Positions 8,691-18,528 of a stretch of 64,000 bases of DNA are shown here, in pieces. Position numbers and translations under genes: made by a program. The DNA comes from Candidatus Obscuribacteraceae bacterium (lineage in GTDB: Bacteria > Cyanobacteriota > Vampirovibrionia > Obscuribacterales > Obscuribacteraceae), in contig JBGASG010000007.1 in NCBI GenBank assembly GCA_044229845.1, positions 64,001-128,000 of the forward strand, in the 5' to 3' direction. Every line of letters starts with the position of its first letter. Position 1 is the first letter of the stretch. Below the pieces are notes generated by a model, which was given only the letters and a program-made list of their open reading frames with translations, searched no databases and had not been told where the DNA came from.

Positions 8691-11048
8691 ATGGACACGC
8701 CTGCGCCCAATTTTTCCGGTTCTGCCGGAGAAACCGCATCCGCGCCAGATGGGGAAAAAGACCCGATCTGCGGGATGACCGTGCAAAAAGATGCGGCGGC
8801 GGCGGTGGAGGCGTTTCAGGGACGAAACTACTACTTCTGTTCGACGCATTGCGCGGCAAAATTTAAGTCGGATCCAGACACCTATGTCTTGGGCGGAAAC
8901 GGCGCATCTGCTCCGCCTGCCGCCGTGTCCGGCGGCAAGTCTAAATCCGGCTACACGTGTCCGATGCATCCGCAGGTTCTGGCAGACACACCCGGTGATT
9001 GCCCGATTTGTGGCATGCCTCTGGAGCCGCTCTTGCCCGGTGCGCATGATGAAAACGCCGTCGACGAACTGGCTGACGTCCGCCGCCGGCTGCTGCTCTC
9101 GACTGCTTTCACGGTGCCGCTCGCCGGTCTGGCCATGGCCCAGATGTTTAAACTGCTTCCTGGCGGTGATACCGCAGGTGGTGGCACGGGGTTGGCGCTT
9201 TGCTGGCTGCAATTTGTTTTGGCGACGCCCGTGGTGATCTGGCTGGGACGGCCGATTCTGTCCAAAGGTGTCTCCTCGCTGCAGCATGGACTCAATATGT
9301 TTACGCTCCTTTCGTTGGGAACTGCAATTCCCTATCTCTCCAGTGCCGTTTCGTTAATGGGACTGACGCTCAATCCGGCTGGATCTTCCGCGATGCGCAT
9401 GATGTTTTTCGAGTCGTCGGCGGTGATTGCCACGCTGGCCTGGCTGGGGCAGTTTCTCGAGGCGCGCGCGCGGCAAAGCAGCACCAGCGCCGTCAAAGAT
9501 CTGGTGGCACTGGCACCGCTGGAAGCGACGGTGATCACGCGCAACGGTCAGGAGTTGGGCGTCAAGATTGCCGAGATCAAGCCGCACGATCGCGTGCGTG
9601 TCAGACCTGGCGAACGCTTTCCAGTGGATGGCATAGTCAGTGAAGGTGTCAGCAGTGTCGACGAGAGCATGCTGACCGGCGAACCGCTGGCGGTGGAGAA
9701 ACAACCTGGAGCTCGCGCCTACGCCGGCACGCTGAACGGCAACGGCAGCTTGATCGTAGAGGCGGAACAGGTTGGAGGCGATACGATGTTGTCGCAGATT
9801 GCCGATCTGGTCAGTCAGGCTCAGCGCAGTCGCGTGCCGGTACAGCAGATGGTGGACCGCATTGCCGCGGTGTTCGTGCCCGCTGTGCTCCTGGTGGCAG
9901 GCGTCACGTGCCTGGTCTGGTTGTTTTCCGGCGCCGGCTGGGCGCATGCATTGACGACGGCGACGGCCGTGCTGGTAGTGGCCTGCCCCTGTGCGCTCGG
10001 ACTGGCCGCGCCCATGTCGATTGTGGTGGCAGCGGGACGAGCCGCTCAAGCGGGTGTGCTCTTCAAAGAAGCGCGCAGCCTGCAGATGCTTGGTGAAATC
10101 AATACGTTGATAGTTGATAAAACCGGCACACTAACGATCGGTAAACCGACGGTGCAGCAAATACACACTGAGCCCGGTGTACGTGCCGATGATCTCTTAG
10201 CGATTGCGGCAGCGGTGGAGGCATTGAGCGAGCATCCGCTGGCCCGGGCAATTGTGGCGGCGGCTCTTGAACGCGGACTGACGATTGCCGCCTGCACGGA
10301 TTTCGTCAGTCAGCCCGGCGGCGGGGCTCGCGGGGTGGTCGCCGGCGCGGCTGTGCTGGTCGGGTCCATGACATTTTTGGAGCAGCAAAGTGAGAAACCT
10401 GCACCGGTCAGTGGTACCACCGGTGGTGTAAGTGCCGGCACGCTGGTCGGCGTGGTGCGCGGCGGCAGTTTTCTCGGTGCGATCGAACTCTTCGATGCGC
10501 TGCGATCGACATCCAGTGAAGCTGTCGCGGCCCTGAAAAAGCGCGGCATCAAAGTGGTGATTGCCAGCGGAGATGCCCCGGAAGCTGTCGAATCAATTGC
10601 CCGAGCGGTTTCAGCCGATGATTGTTTCGCCAGACAGTTGCCTGGCGACAAAGCGGCGCTCGTCAAGTCGGCGCAGGCGAACGGTGCCAAAGTCGCTATG
10701 GCCGGTGACGGTATCAACGATGCTCCGGCTTTAGCACAAGCGGATGTCGGCATTGCCATGTCCGCCGGCACCGACATCGCGGTGCATGCAGCAGACCTGG
10801 TGCTCATGCAAAACGACATCGCCGGTATTTTGAAGGCCCTGAAAATCAGCCAGGCGATGATGGGAAACATCAGGCAAAACCTGATTCTGGCATTTGCGTA
10901 TAACGTCTTTGCCGTGCCGGCCGCGGCCGGTGTGTTTGTGCCAATGGGCGGAGCGTTGTTGGACCCGATGACTGCCGCGCTTGCCATGTCGTTCAGTTCG
11001 GTGGCGGTGATTTTGAACGCTCTGCGTTTGCGCAGCCTTAAGTTGTAA
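8691..11048 (+). CDS. copA: Cu(I)-translocating P1B-type ATPase with YHS and YTCPMHP metal-binding domains
   Basis: [50 protein letters not shown] and M..SS TM motifs. Confidence 0.92.
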   Translation: MDTPAPNFSGSAGETASAPDGEKDPICGMTVQKDAAAAVEAFQGRNYYFCSTHCAAKFKSDPDTYVLGGNGASAPPAAVSGGKSKSGYTCPMHPQVLADTPGDCPICGMPLEPLLPGAHDENAVDELADVRRRLLLSTAFTVPLAGLAMAQMFKLLPGGDTAGGGTGLALCWLQFVLATPVVIWLGRPILSKGVSSLQHGLNMFTLLSLGTAIPYLSSAVSLMGLTLNPAGSSAMRMMFFESSAVIATLAWLGQFLEARARQSSTSAVKDLVALAPLEATVITRNGQELGVKIAEIKPHDRVRVRPGERFPVDGIVSEGVSSVDESMLTGEPLAVEKQPGARAYAGTLNGNGSLIVEAEQVGGDTMLSQIADLVSQAQRSRVPVQQMVDRIAAVFVPAVLLVAGVTCLVWLFSGAGWAHALTTATAVLVVACPCALGLAAPMSIVVAAGRAAQAGVLFKEARSLQMLGEINTLIVDKTGTLTIGKPTVQQIHTEPGVRADDLLAIAAAVEALSEHPLARAIVAAALERGLTIAACTDFVSQPGGGARGVVAGAAVLVGSMTFLEQQSEKPAPVSGTTGGVSAGTLVGVVRGGSFLGAIELFDALRSTSSEAVAALKKRGIKVVIASGDAPEAVESIARAVSADDCFARQLPGDKAALVKSAQANGAKVAMAGDGINDAPALAQADVGIAMSAGTDIAVHAADLVLMQNDIAGILKALKISQAMMGNIRQNLILAFAYNVFAVPAAAGVFVPMGGALLDPMTAALAMSFSSVAVILNALRLRSLKL

Positions 11049-11095
11049 GAGCTGCGACTGCGTTATAATCTGTCGCTCTTCTGGAGGGACAAGCA

Positions 11096-12139
11096 ATGGC
11101 AGTAGCGCAGGAACTGTGCAAAGTGGCACCGCCGATCAAGGTCTTTGGCGTTCTGCAAACGCAGTGGGCGCAGCAGATACTCAAGACCAGTGTGGAACTT
11201 GATCTGTTCAGTCAGCTGGCGAAAGAGCCCCTCACAGCTGCTCAACTGGCAGCGAAGATCGGCTGCGATGTGCGCGCCACACAACTGCTGGCCGACTCGC
11301 TGGCGGCGCTCGGCTTCCTCATCTGCGAAGGCAAATCAAATGCCGACGGCAAGTACAAACTGACTGAGGACTCTCGTCATTATCTCGTCAAGGACAGTGA
11401 TTACTTTTTCGGTGACTATGTGCTTGCTCGCGATCAGGTTGCCGATGCATGGAAACAACTGACTGCCGTGATCAAGTCGGGTAAGTCAATTAAGGAAGTG
11501 AATACGGACAAGGGTGCTGAAGAGTTTTTTCCAAAGCTGGCGGCGGCGATCTTTCCGATCAACTTCTCGACCGCTCAAATGCTCGCAGAGCTTTTGAAAG
11601 TCAAAGAACTGCAGGCCGGCGCCCGTGTGCTGGATCTGGCATCAGGCAGCGCTGTCTGGAGCATTCCGCTGGCGGCAGCGAACAAAAATTTGCAGGTGGA
11701 CAGTCTAGACTTTCCGCCAGTTTTGAAGATGCAGAAACACTTCACCGGCAAACACGGCGTTGCGTCTCAATATAAGGATCTGGAAGGAAGCTGGCGTGAT
11801 GTGAAGCTCGATGCCGATTCGTACGATCTGATTATTCTTGGGCACATCTTGCATTCGGAAGGGCAGAAGGCGAGCGAGGAGCTGATCAAGGCATGCTTTG
11901 CCGCGTTGAAGAAGGGCGGCCGACTGGTGATTGCCGAGTATATGAAACATGGGGAGAAGCCCGGTCCGGAATTCGCGTCAATGTTCGCGGTCAACATGTT
12001 GCTGATGACCACGGAAGGTTGCGTCTTCTCATTCGAGCAACTGGCAGACATGACGAAGCGCGTCGGCTTCCAATCCGTGGAACGTCCGCTGCTGCCCCAC
12101 TGGGATGAGCTGTCACCAATAGTGGTGGCACATAAGTAA
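11096..12139 (+). CDS. SAM-dependent O-methyltransferase (dimerisation + Methyltransf_2)
   Basis: N-terminal winged helix (ELDLFSQLAKEPLTAAQLA), VLDLASGSA, HILH, LKKGGRLVIAE. Confidence 0.85.
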   Translation: MAVAQELCKVAPPIKVFGVLQTQWAQQILKTSVELDLFSQLAKEPLTAAQLAAKIGCDVRATQLLADSLAALGFLICEGKSNADGKYKLTEDSRHYLVKDSDYFFGDYVLARDQVADAWKQLTAVIKSGKSIKEVNTDKGAEEFFPKLAAAIFPINFSTAQMLAELLKVKELQAGARVLDLASGSAVWSIPLAAANKNLQVDSLDFPPVLKMQKHFTGKHGVASQYKDLEGSWRDVKLDADSYDLIILGHILHSEGQKASEELIKACFAALKKGGRLVIAEYMKHGEKPGPEFASMFAVNMLLMTTEGCVFSFEQLADMTKRVGFQSVERPLLPHWDELSPIVVAHK

Positions 12140-12341
12140 GCCGCCGCGCGTTCCAGTCTGACGGGCTTTCGGTGACTCATGTCACTGCGATCCTGAGCAG
12201 GCAATGACCTAGGTCATGAAAATCGCCGGGTGCCGGGTTTTTAACCATTGGTGTGCCTATTTATAGTTGGGCGGCTGTATGGTAAAAACAGGTTCCAGAG
12301 CTTCGAAAGCTATCAGAGCAGTCAGAGCTATCAGTGAGATT

Positions 12342-14264
12342 ATGACGATGCGAAAAACTGTCGCGCTTTTGCTTTTGGCGTCATTTCCCTGGCTTCCCAC
12401 ATTCGGTCTAGATAACTCCAGCGCGCCAGCCGTTACTGCGCCGAGCGGTGCTTCGGCGCCGGTGAACGCAGCGCCCGCCCAGGCGCCAAGCGGCGCCGTC
12501 CCGACGGCGGCCGAGATCAATCGCCCGATTCGAGATAAATGGGCTCTGGTCGTGGGCGTCAGCAAGTTTCAGAACAATACCGTGCCGACGCTGCGCTATG
12601 CCGCCAAGGATGCGCGCGACTTTCGCAATTTTCTGGTTAACGAGGCAAATTTTGCACCCGATCATGTGCGGCTCTTGTTGGATGAAGATGCAACGCAGCG
12701 ACGCGTGGTATCTGAACTGGGTAGCAAGTTTTTGGCTCGGGTAGCCAAACCGGATGATGTGGTGGTGTTGTTTTTCTCGACTCACGGATCTCCGTCGCAA
12801 CTCGATCTGAAAGGCAAGAATTTTTTGCTTTCGACTGATTCTGATCCGGAAGATTTGTTTGCCACCGGCATCAAGATGGATGATCTGATGCTTTATGCCA
12901 AGCAACGCATCACCTGCGACCGTATTTTTGTAGTCCTCGATGCCTGTCATGCCAGCGGCATTGCACCGGGCGAGAAGGGCGTCGGGCGCGTTCCGGTAAT
13001 CGACCCGGAAGAACTGGCACAGGGCTCCGGCAAACTGATTATCTGCTCAAGCAGCCCGGAGGAAAGCTCCTGGGAATCAAAGCGCTACCAGAACGGCATC
13101 TTCACCCGCAAACTGCTCGAAGGACTGCGCGCCAGCGGCAAGCGCACCACGCTCGGGGAGGCGTTCGAGTTTGTCGAGAAATCTGTGGCTGCCGAAGTTC
13201 AGGAAGATTATGCGGCCAAGCAGACTCCTGTCAAAAGAAGTATGTGGAACGGCAATGACCTGGTTCTGGCGGTGCCCGCTGCCGCACCACAGGCGGTGCC
13301 CGTGTCGGTGACCAGCGGGTTGTTGCCCGACAGCACGATGCCTAAAATTCCGCCCAAGCCTGGTGGTAAGCCGATTGCCGGCAGTCCCGGCGATGTGTTG
13401 ATGAGGAAGGGCGAAGCCGAACTGGCAAAGAATCCGCCACACGCCATCGAGCTTCTGAAGAAATCGCTGACTATGGCCGGCACGGATCTGGCGCGAGCAA
13501 ACTACAGCCTGGGAAGAGCCTATGCTGCGTGCTCGATGAATAAAGAAGCGATGGCTGCCTATCGGGCCAGTATCGCGGCCGATCGTTCATCTCCGTCGGC
13601 CGTGCTGGCAACCCAGGCGCTGAATGGTGGTGGGACTTCCACGCGCATCAGTGCCACCAGCACCGGCTCGAGAACCGGCGGTTATGCGGCAACCGCGCCG
13701 GTGACGTATCAGAACTACTCGAACACGACCATGTGGCGTGAAGGAGCCAACAATCAAAATCGCAACTTTACCGCGCCTGGCGGAGTGTCGTCCGGCGGTA
13801 GCATACCAACCTCGGTCATAGACCAGATCGGCAAGATTTCTCCGGTGGCAGACATCAATCCCCCGGCCGGACGTTTGGCGGCCAGTCTGGATACACTCGA
13901 AGAAGGTGATTGCGCGGCGCGCATCGTTTATGCTGAAAAGCAGTACAACTATGCAGAGTCCTGCCTGAGAAGGGCAAAGACTTATTTGCAGCCGTATTTC
14001 GGCAGCATGCCGGAACAATGCCGGGCGTTGGCCCAGCCGTTTGAGACCTACAAAGACCACTGGCAGTGCATCCTGAATGAGGAGCAGAAACTACAGGACA
14101 AACTGGTGCAGCATAATGCCGCCAAACGGGCGGGCACCTTTGGTGGTTATGGCGGCGGTTACGGCTACGGCGGCACTACCAATAATGGCACCAATTGCAA
14201 TACCAATCAGGGCGGCAACCAGTACAGCATTGGCGGCCAGGGGTACGGCTACAAGCACAAATAA
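12342..14264 (+). CDS. Secreted caspase-family (peptidase C14) protein with TPR and Gly-rich tail
   Basis: Signal peptide; KWALVVGVS, LRYAAKDA, FSTHG (His), LDACH (Cys), GIFT; start uncertain (12342/12348). Confidence 0.85.
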   Translation: MTMRKTVALLLLASFPWLPTFGLDNSSAPAVTAPSGASAPVNAAPAQAPSGAVPTAAEINRPIRDKWALVVGVSKFQNNTVPTLRYAAKDARDFRNFLVNEANFAPDHVRLLLDEDATQRRVVSELGSKFLARVAKPDDVVVLFFSTHGSPSQLDLKGKNFLLSTDSDPEDLFATGIKMDDLMLYAKQRITCDRIFVVLDACHASGIAPGEKGVGRVPVIDPEELAQGSGKLIICSSSPEESSWESKRYQNGIFTRKLLEGLRASGKRTTLGEAFEFVEKSVAAEVQEDYAAKQTPVKRSMWNGNDLVLAVPAAAPQAVPVSVTSGLLPDSTMPKIPPKPGGKPIAGSPGDVLMRKGEAELAKNPPHAIELLKKSLTMAGTDLARANYSLGRAYAACSMNKEAMAAYRASIAADRSSPSAVLATQALNGGGTSTRISATSTGSRTGGYAATAPVTYQNYSNTTMWREGANNQNRNFTAPGGVSSGGSIPTSVIDQIGKISPVADINPPAGRLAASLDTLEEGDCAARIVYAEKQYNYAESCLRRAKTYLQPYFGSMPEQCRALAQPFETYKDHWQCILNEEQKLQDKLVQHNAAKRAGTFGGYGGGYGYGGTTNNGTNCNTNQGGNQYSIGGQGYGYKHK

Positions 14265-14266
14265 GG

Positions 14267-14797
14267 TCAGCTGACTGCGACCTTAGAGAGAGCTCGCACT
14301 ACTTCGCGCATGAAGGCCGGCAGATCAGCGGGTGTGCGTGACGTGATCATGTTGTTGTCGACGACGACTTCTTGATCCGACCATTCGGCACCGGCATTGA
14401 CCAGATCGTCTTTGATGTTTTTGTAGGACGTCAACTTGCGCCCGCGCACCACATCAGCTGAAGCGAGCACCCAGCCCGCGTGACAGATGGCGGCGACAAC
14501 GGCGCCTTCTTTGACGGCTTTGCGGACGATATCGAGGGCGGCTTTATTGGCGCGAATCTTGTCCGGTGCCCAGCCGCCCGGAACCACGACGCAATCCCAC
14601 TTCTCATTCACGAAGTCTTCGCACTGGCCGTCGACTTCGATCGGGCATCCATACTTGCCTTCGTATTTCTTTTCGCCGATGCCCGCGACTTTGACGGTGG
14701 CTCCCGCTTCCTGCAAGCGAATCAGAGGATAGAAAAGTTCGCGGTCTTCAAATGCCGGACCGGCGAAAACCAGTGCTTTCTTGCCTTTCAGTTCCAT
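14267..14797 (-). CDS. PfpI/DJ-1 family protein
   Basis: FEDREL, VPGGWAPDKIR, AICHAG, ITSRTPADLPAF; AGGGGG RBS. Confidence 0.92.
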   Translation of the reverse strand: MELKGKKALVFAGPAFEDRELFYPLIRLQEAGATVKVAGIGEKKYEGKYGCPIEVDGQCEDFVNEKWDCVVVPGGWAPDKIRANKAALDIVRKAVKEGAVVAAICHAGWVLASADVVRGRKLTSYKNIKDDLVNAGAEWSDQEVVVDNNMITSRTPADLPAFMREVVRALSKVAVS

Positions 14798-14810
14798 GTC
14801 CATCCCCCTT

Positions 14811-15080
14811 CTATTTTGTTTCTTGCTTGAAGTAAGCGAGCGGAAAAACGATGATACCAGCAACGGTGCCCAGCACGATCAGGATAGTCTTGGTCTGCGC
14901 GCCGCCTGGTAGCGGCAACATCAAAGCCAGGCACAAGGCCAGTCCGGCAAAAGCAGCCAATCTGAAGCTCAAGTGAAACGGCGTCGGCGGAATTTTTTCG
15001 TCATCCGGAGCCGCTGCAGTATGTGTGCCGTCCGGACCATGATGGTGCGAGCAGTCACCGCTATGTTGATGTTCAGGCAT
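14811..15080 (-). CDS. Small membrane protein with His-rich N-terminus
   Basis: MPEHQHSGDCSHHH followed by two TM helices; tightly packed between co-oriented genes. Confidence 0.6.
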   Translation of the reverse strand: MPEHQHSGDCSHHHGPDGTHTAAAPDDEKIPPTPFHLSFRLAAFAGLALCLALMLPLPGGAQTKTILIVLGTVAGIIVFPLAYFKQETK

Positions 15081-15084
15081 TTCG

Positions 15085-15552
15085 TTAGTCCTGGGCGCCA
15101 GCGGCGAAATCCGGTCCGCCATCGCTCATGTTCCAGCGCAAAAGCTCGCGGCGCCATTCCAGATCGGCTTGCGCTTCTTTGAGCAGACTGGCGAGTCCTT
15201 GATAGTCGGCGAAGGAAAGATCGATGGCGACGCCCAGTTCGAACGTCAATTTGACGCGCTCGTAATTGGGTGTGCAGGCCATGCAGACCATATGTTCTGG
15301 TCCGCAGATTTCGAAGATGCGATTTTCGTCGCACTGAATCGGGTCTTTCTGCCAGTTCAAGTATTCGACGAATTCTTCGTCTTCCAGGCTCTGCTGCACC
15401 AGAAGCACCAGCGCTTGATACTGCGTCTGGTTCATATAGATGGTGACTTCCTGACGCCTGAGATCCAGTGCGACTTCGCCGTTTTCCTTATCCAGGTACA
15501 GATCAGCAAATGCATTGGCAAAACTGATTTGATACGCCGTACTGGTTTTCAT
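15085..15552 (-). CDS. Hypothetical protein with an internal two-fold repeat
   Basis: GAGG RBS; YQALVLLVQQ / YQGLASLLKE repeat. Confidence 0.7.
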   Translation of the reverse strand: MKTSTAYQISFANAFADLYLDKENGEVALDLRRQEVTIYMNQTQYQALVLLVQQSLEDEEFVEYLNWQKDPIQCDENRIFEICGPEHMVCMACTPNYERVKLTFELGVAIDLSFADYQGLASLLKEAQADLEWRRELLRWNMSDGGPDFAAGAQD

Positions 15553-15601
15553 TGAATTCCTCGCCTCAATATGTCGATCTCAACTGGTCGGGACTCCGAA
15601 A

Positions 15602-16633
15602 TCACGCTTGTCGCAGCCATTTTGCTGCGTCCTTGGCGTGATAAGTGATAATCAAATCGGCCCCTGCGCGCACAATGCCTGTGAGGGTCTCGAGCACAAC
15701 TCTCTTTTCGTCGACCCAACCATTGGCTGCGGCAGCCTTGACCATTGCATATTCTCCAGACACATTATATGCCGCAATCGGGGCGTTCAGGAGATCCTTG
15801 GCGCGGGCAATCACGTCCAGATAAGGAAGAGCCGGCTTGACCATGACCATGTCGGCGCCTTCTTCGAGGTCGGAGATCAGCTCGCGGAGAGCTTCGCGAC
15901 CATTGGCAGGGTCCATCTGATAGGTGGTGCGGTCGCCGAACTGCGGCGCCGACTGGGCGGCTTCGCGGAACGGTCCGTAGAAAGCCGAAGCAAATTTGGC
16001 GCTGTAAGCCATGATCGGCACATGGTCGAAGCCTGACATATCGAGAGCTTCTCTGATGGCGCCCACCCGCCCGTCCATCATGTCGGAGGGGGCGATGATG
16101 TCGGCCCCGGCGGCTGCCTGAGACACTGCCGACTTGGCCAGAATGGCGACGCTGGGATCGTTGAGAATCTTGCCTTCGGCAACAATGCCGCAGTGCCCGT
16201 GTTCCATGTACTCGCAGAGGCAGGTGTCGGCGACGACAACCAGCTCGGGAAAGCGTTTCTTCAGCTCGCGCGTGGCTTTCTGAATAATGCCGTTGTCTTC
16301 CCAGGCACCGGTCGCTTCTTTGTCTTTGTGTTCGGGAATGCCAAACAGGATGACCGATTTGAGACCCAGCCCGATGACTTCTTCCACCTCTTTGAGCATT
16401 ACATCAATGCTTTGCTGGTGGATACCAGGCATGGCGCCGATCGGCTTTTGGATGCCCTGGCCTTCCACAATGAAGAGTGGATAGATGAACTTGTCGGTGT
16501 TTAAGTGCGTCTCACGAACCATGGCTCGCAAGGCTGAAGAGGCGCGCAGGCGGCGCATCCGGTTGGACGGGCGAGCGAGTCCGGCAAACTCGCTGAGCGC
16601 GGAGTCTGAGGTCTTGGGCATTACAGGAGACAT
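15602..16633 (-). CDS. hemB: Porphobilinogen synthase
   Basis: RMRRLR, DTCLCEYMEHGHC, SDMMDGR, FYGPFREA, MVKPAL, AYNVSGEY; start uncertain. Confidence 0.97.
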   Translation of the reverse strand: MSPVMPKTSDSALSEFAGLARPSNRMRRLRASSALRAMVRETHLNTDKFIYPLFIVEGQGIQKPIGAMPGIHQQSIDVMLKEVEEVIGLGLKSVILFGIPEHKDKEATGAWEDNGIIQKATRELKKRFPELVVVADTCLCEYMEHGHCGIVAEGKILNDPSVAILAKSAVSQAAAGADIIAPSDMMDGRVGAIREALDMSGFDHVPIMAYSAKFASAFYGPFREAAQSAPQFGDRTTYQMDPANGREALRELISDLEEGADMVMVKPALPYLDVIARAKDLLNAPIAAYNVSGEYAMVKAAAANGWVDEKRVVLETLTGIVRAGADLIITYHAKDAAKWLRQA

Positions 16634-16729
16634 TTGCAACTTTCCGGGTTCGGACTGGGACGACAAAATATCCATACTATATCTTTGAAAGCCGCTCAGA
16701 TCTTCGCTTGGCGGCAATCTGGAACATAT

Positions 16730-17566
16730 TTAATTGTCCCGGTTTCGAGCTGAGAAGCGCAGTTTGCTGGCTTCCGCGTACGCGCGCATCTCGCGGACAA
16801 GCCCTTCGATAGTGTGTTGGCGCGCGATTATGTCCACGTGCGGGAGGAGCTTTCTGCCGGTATGAGCTGTCTCCGGACCAATTACGGCATATAACGGGCC
16901 CTTCATAAGCCGCTCGGGATCCGGTGATACTGATGAGATCAAAGTCGAAAAGTTACGCACCGCCTGGCTGCTGGCGAAGGTGACGATGTCGACGCCTTTG
17001 AACTCCAGTAACGCGCGCAACTCTTGCGCCAGGTTTTCAGAATTGTGCGGCAGGTTGGTTGTGTAGCATATGACGCGCTCAACGTGAGCGCCCGCAGCGG
17101 TGAGGCGATCAGCTATGTAAGGTCTGCCGATGTCGGTTTTCGGCCAGAGAAAGCGCACACCGCGTACATGCTTCGGAAATCCTGGGAATTGTTCGATAAA
17201 AGCTTCGGCGACGAACGAATCGGGACAGAAATCGATCTCCAGTCCCCGCTCTTTGGCTGCCGCCGCAGTCGCGGAGCCGATTACAGCCACTCTGGTGCGT
17301 CCCCAGTCGAGCTTGAAATTTAGCTCATCGGCGCGTTCGAAGAAGGAGTTGACGGCGTTGGTGCTGGCAAAAATAATCCAGTCGAAGCCGGACAACTGCC
17401 TGACTGCATCATCGAGTGGCTGAAAGTCCTCGGGTGGTCCGATTTCGATCAATGGCTTGTTGATTGGTATGGCTTGTTCTTGACTCAGTAAAGTACTGAG
17501 GGCCTGCACCTGATCTAGCGGGCGTGTCACCAGCACGCGACAGTTAGCCAGCGGCGCGGCGCTCAT
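16730..17566 (-). CDS. hemD: Uroporphyrinogen-III synthase
   Basis: VLVTRP, FDWIIFASTNAV, TFASSQAV, IGPET; operon position. Confidence 0.93.
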   Translation of the reverse strand: MSAAPLANCRVLVTRPLDQVQALSTLLSQEQAIPINKPLIEIGPPEDFQPLDDAVRQLSGFDWIIFASTNAVNSFFERADELNFKLDWGRTRVAVIGSATAAAAKERGLEIDFCPDSFVAEAFIEQFPGFPKHVRGVRFLWPKTDIGRPYIADRLTAAGAHVERVICYTTNLPHNSENLAQELRALLEFKGVDIVTFASSQAVRNFSTLISSVSPDPERLMKGPLYAVIGPETAHTGRKLLPHVDIIARQHTIEGLVREMRAYAEASKLRFSARNRDN

Positions 17567-18528
17567 GGCGGCGGCACCGCCTGTGGTGCGGAGCTGAGCA
17601 GGTTTTGCAATATGCGATCGCCGCCTTTGTCCAGCATCTCAGCCGCCAGTTGTCGTCCAGCGCTTTCAGCGTCGGTTTGTGCGGCCTCCAGCTGCGAGCG
17701 GACCGAAACTTTCCCGTCCAGGCTGGCGATGCAGGCTGTCAGTTTCAGACGTCCCGTCGCCACGGCTTCGGCGATGGCGCCCACCGGCACGGAACAACCG
17801 CCGCCGATTTCGTTGAGAAATGCGCGTTCGGCTGTGATCAGCGCGGTTATCTCGCCGTCTGAGACTTCAGTCAACAGCTCGGCAGTGGCACTATCGTCAC
17901 CGCGGCATTCCAAACCGAGCACGCCCTGTCCGACTGCAGGCGTCAGTTGATCGAAAGCGAAGTATTCACTAATGCGTGCCTCTTCACCGAGGCGAATCAA
18001 CCCGGCCGCAGCCAGCACCATAGCGTCCGCGATGCCCTCATCGAGTTTGCGCAGGCGCGTTGGGATATTGCCGCGCACATCGATGAACTGCAGGTCCGAG
18101 CGAATAGCGAGAATCTGGGCGGCACGGCGGCGACTGGATGATGCGATGACGCTGCCGCGCGGCAGATCGCCAAGTTTGCCATGCTGTGGAGAAACCAGAA
18201 CATCGCGCGGATCTTCGCGGCCAATTACAGCCGCCAGGAGCAATCCGGCAGGCATGGCGGTCGGCAGGTCTTTGAGACTGTGCACCACGAAGTCGACTTC
18301 GTTGTTTAACAGTGCCTCTTCCAGTTCTTTGACGAAGACACCGCGATCGCCCAGCTCGGCGATCGGCTTATTCTGTATTTTGTCGCCGTGCGTCTTGATC
18401 GCTACGATCTCGATTTCGATATCCGGATGAATGGAGGTAATCGCACCAATGGCGATATCAGTTTGCAGGCGGGCCAGCTGGCTCTCGCGCGTGCCGACAA
18501 CATATTTCTGTTTGCGGCGACCGCTCAT
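17563..18528 (-). CDS. hemC: Hydroxymethylbilane synthase
   Basis: GTRESQLA, GVFVKELE, VHSLKDLPT, SSRRR, RGNIPTRL, GGCSVP. Confidence 0.97.
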   Translation of the reverse strand: MSGRRKQKYVVGTRESQLARLQTDIAIGAITSIHPDIEIEIVAIKTHGDKIQNKPIAELGDRGVFVKELEEALLNNEVDFVVHSLKDLPTAMPAGLLLAAVIGREDPRDVLVSPQHGKLGDLPRGSVIASSSRRRAAQILAIRSDLQFIDVRGNIPTRLRKLDEGIADAMVLAAAGLIRLGEEARISEYFAFDQLTPAVGQGVLGLECRGDDSATAELLTEVSDGEITALITAERAFLNEIGGGCSVPVGAIAEAVATGRLKLTACIASLDGKVSVRSQLEAAQTDAESAGRQLAAEMLDKGGDRILQNLLSSAPQAVPPP

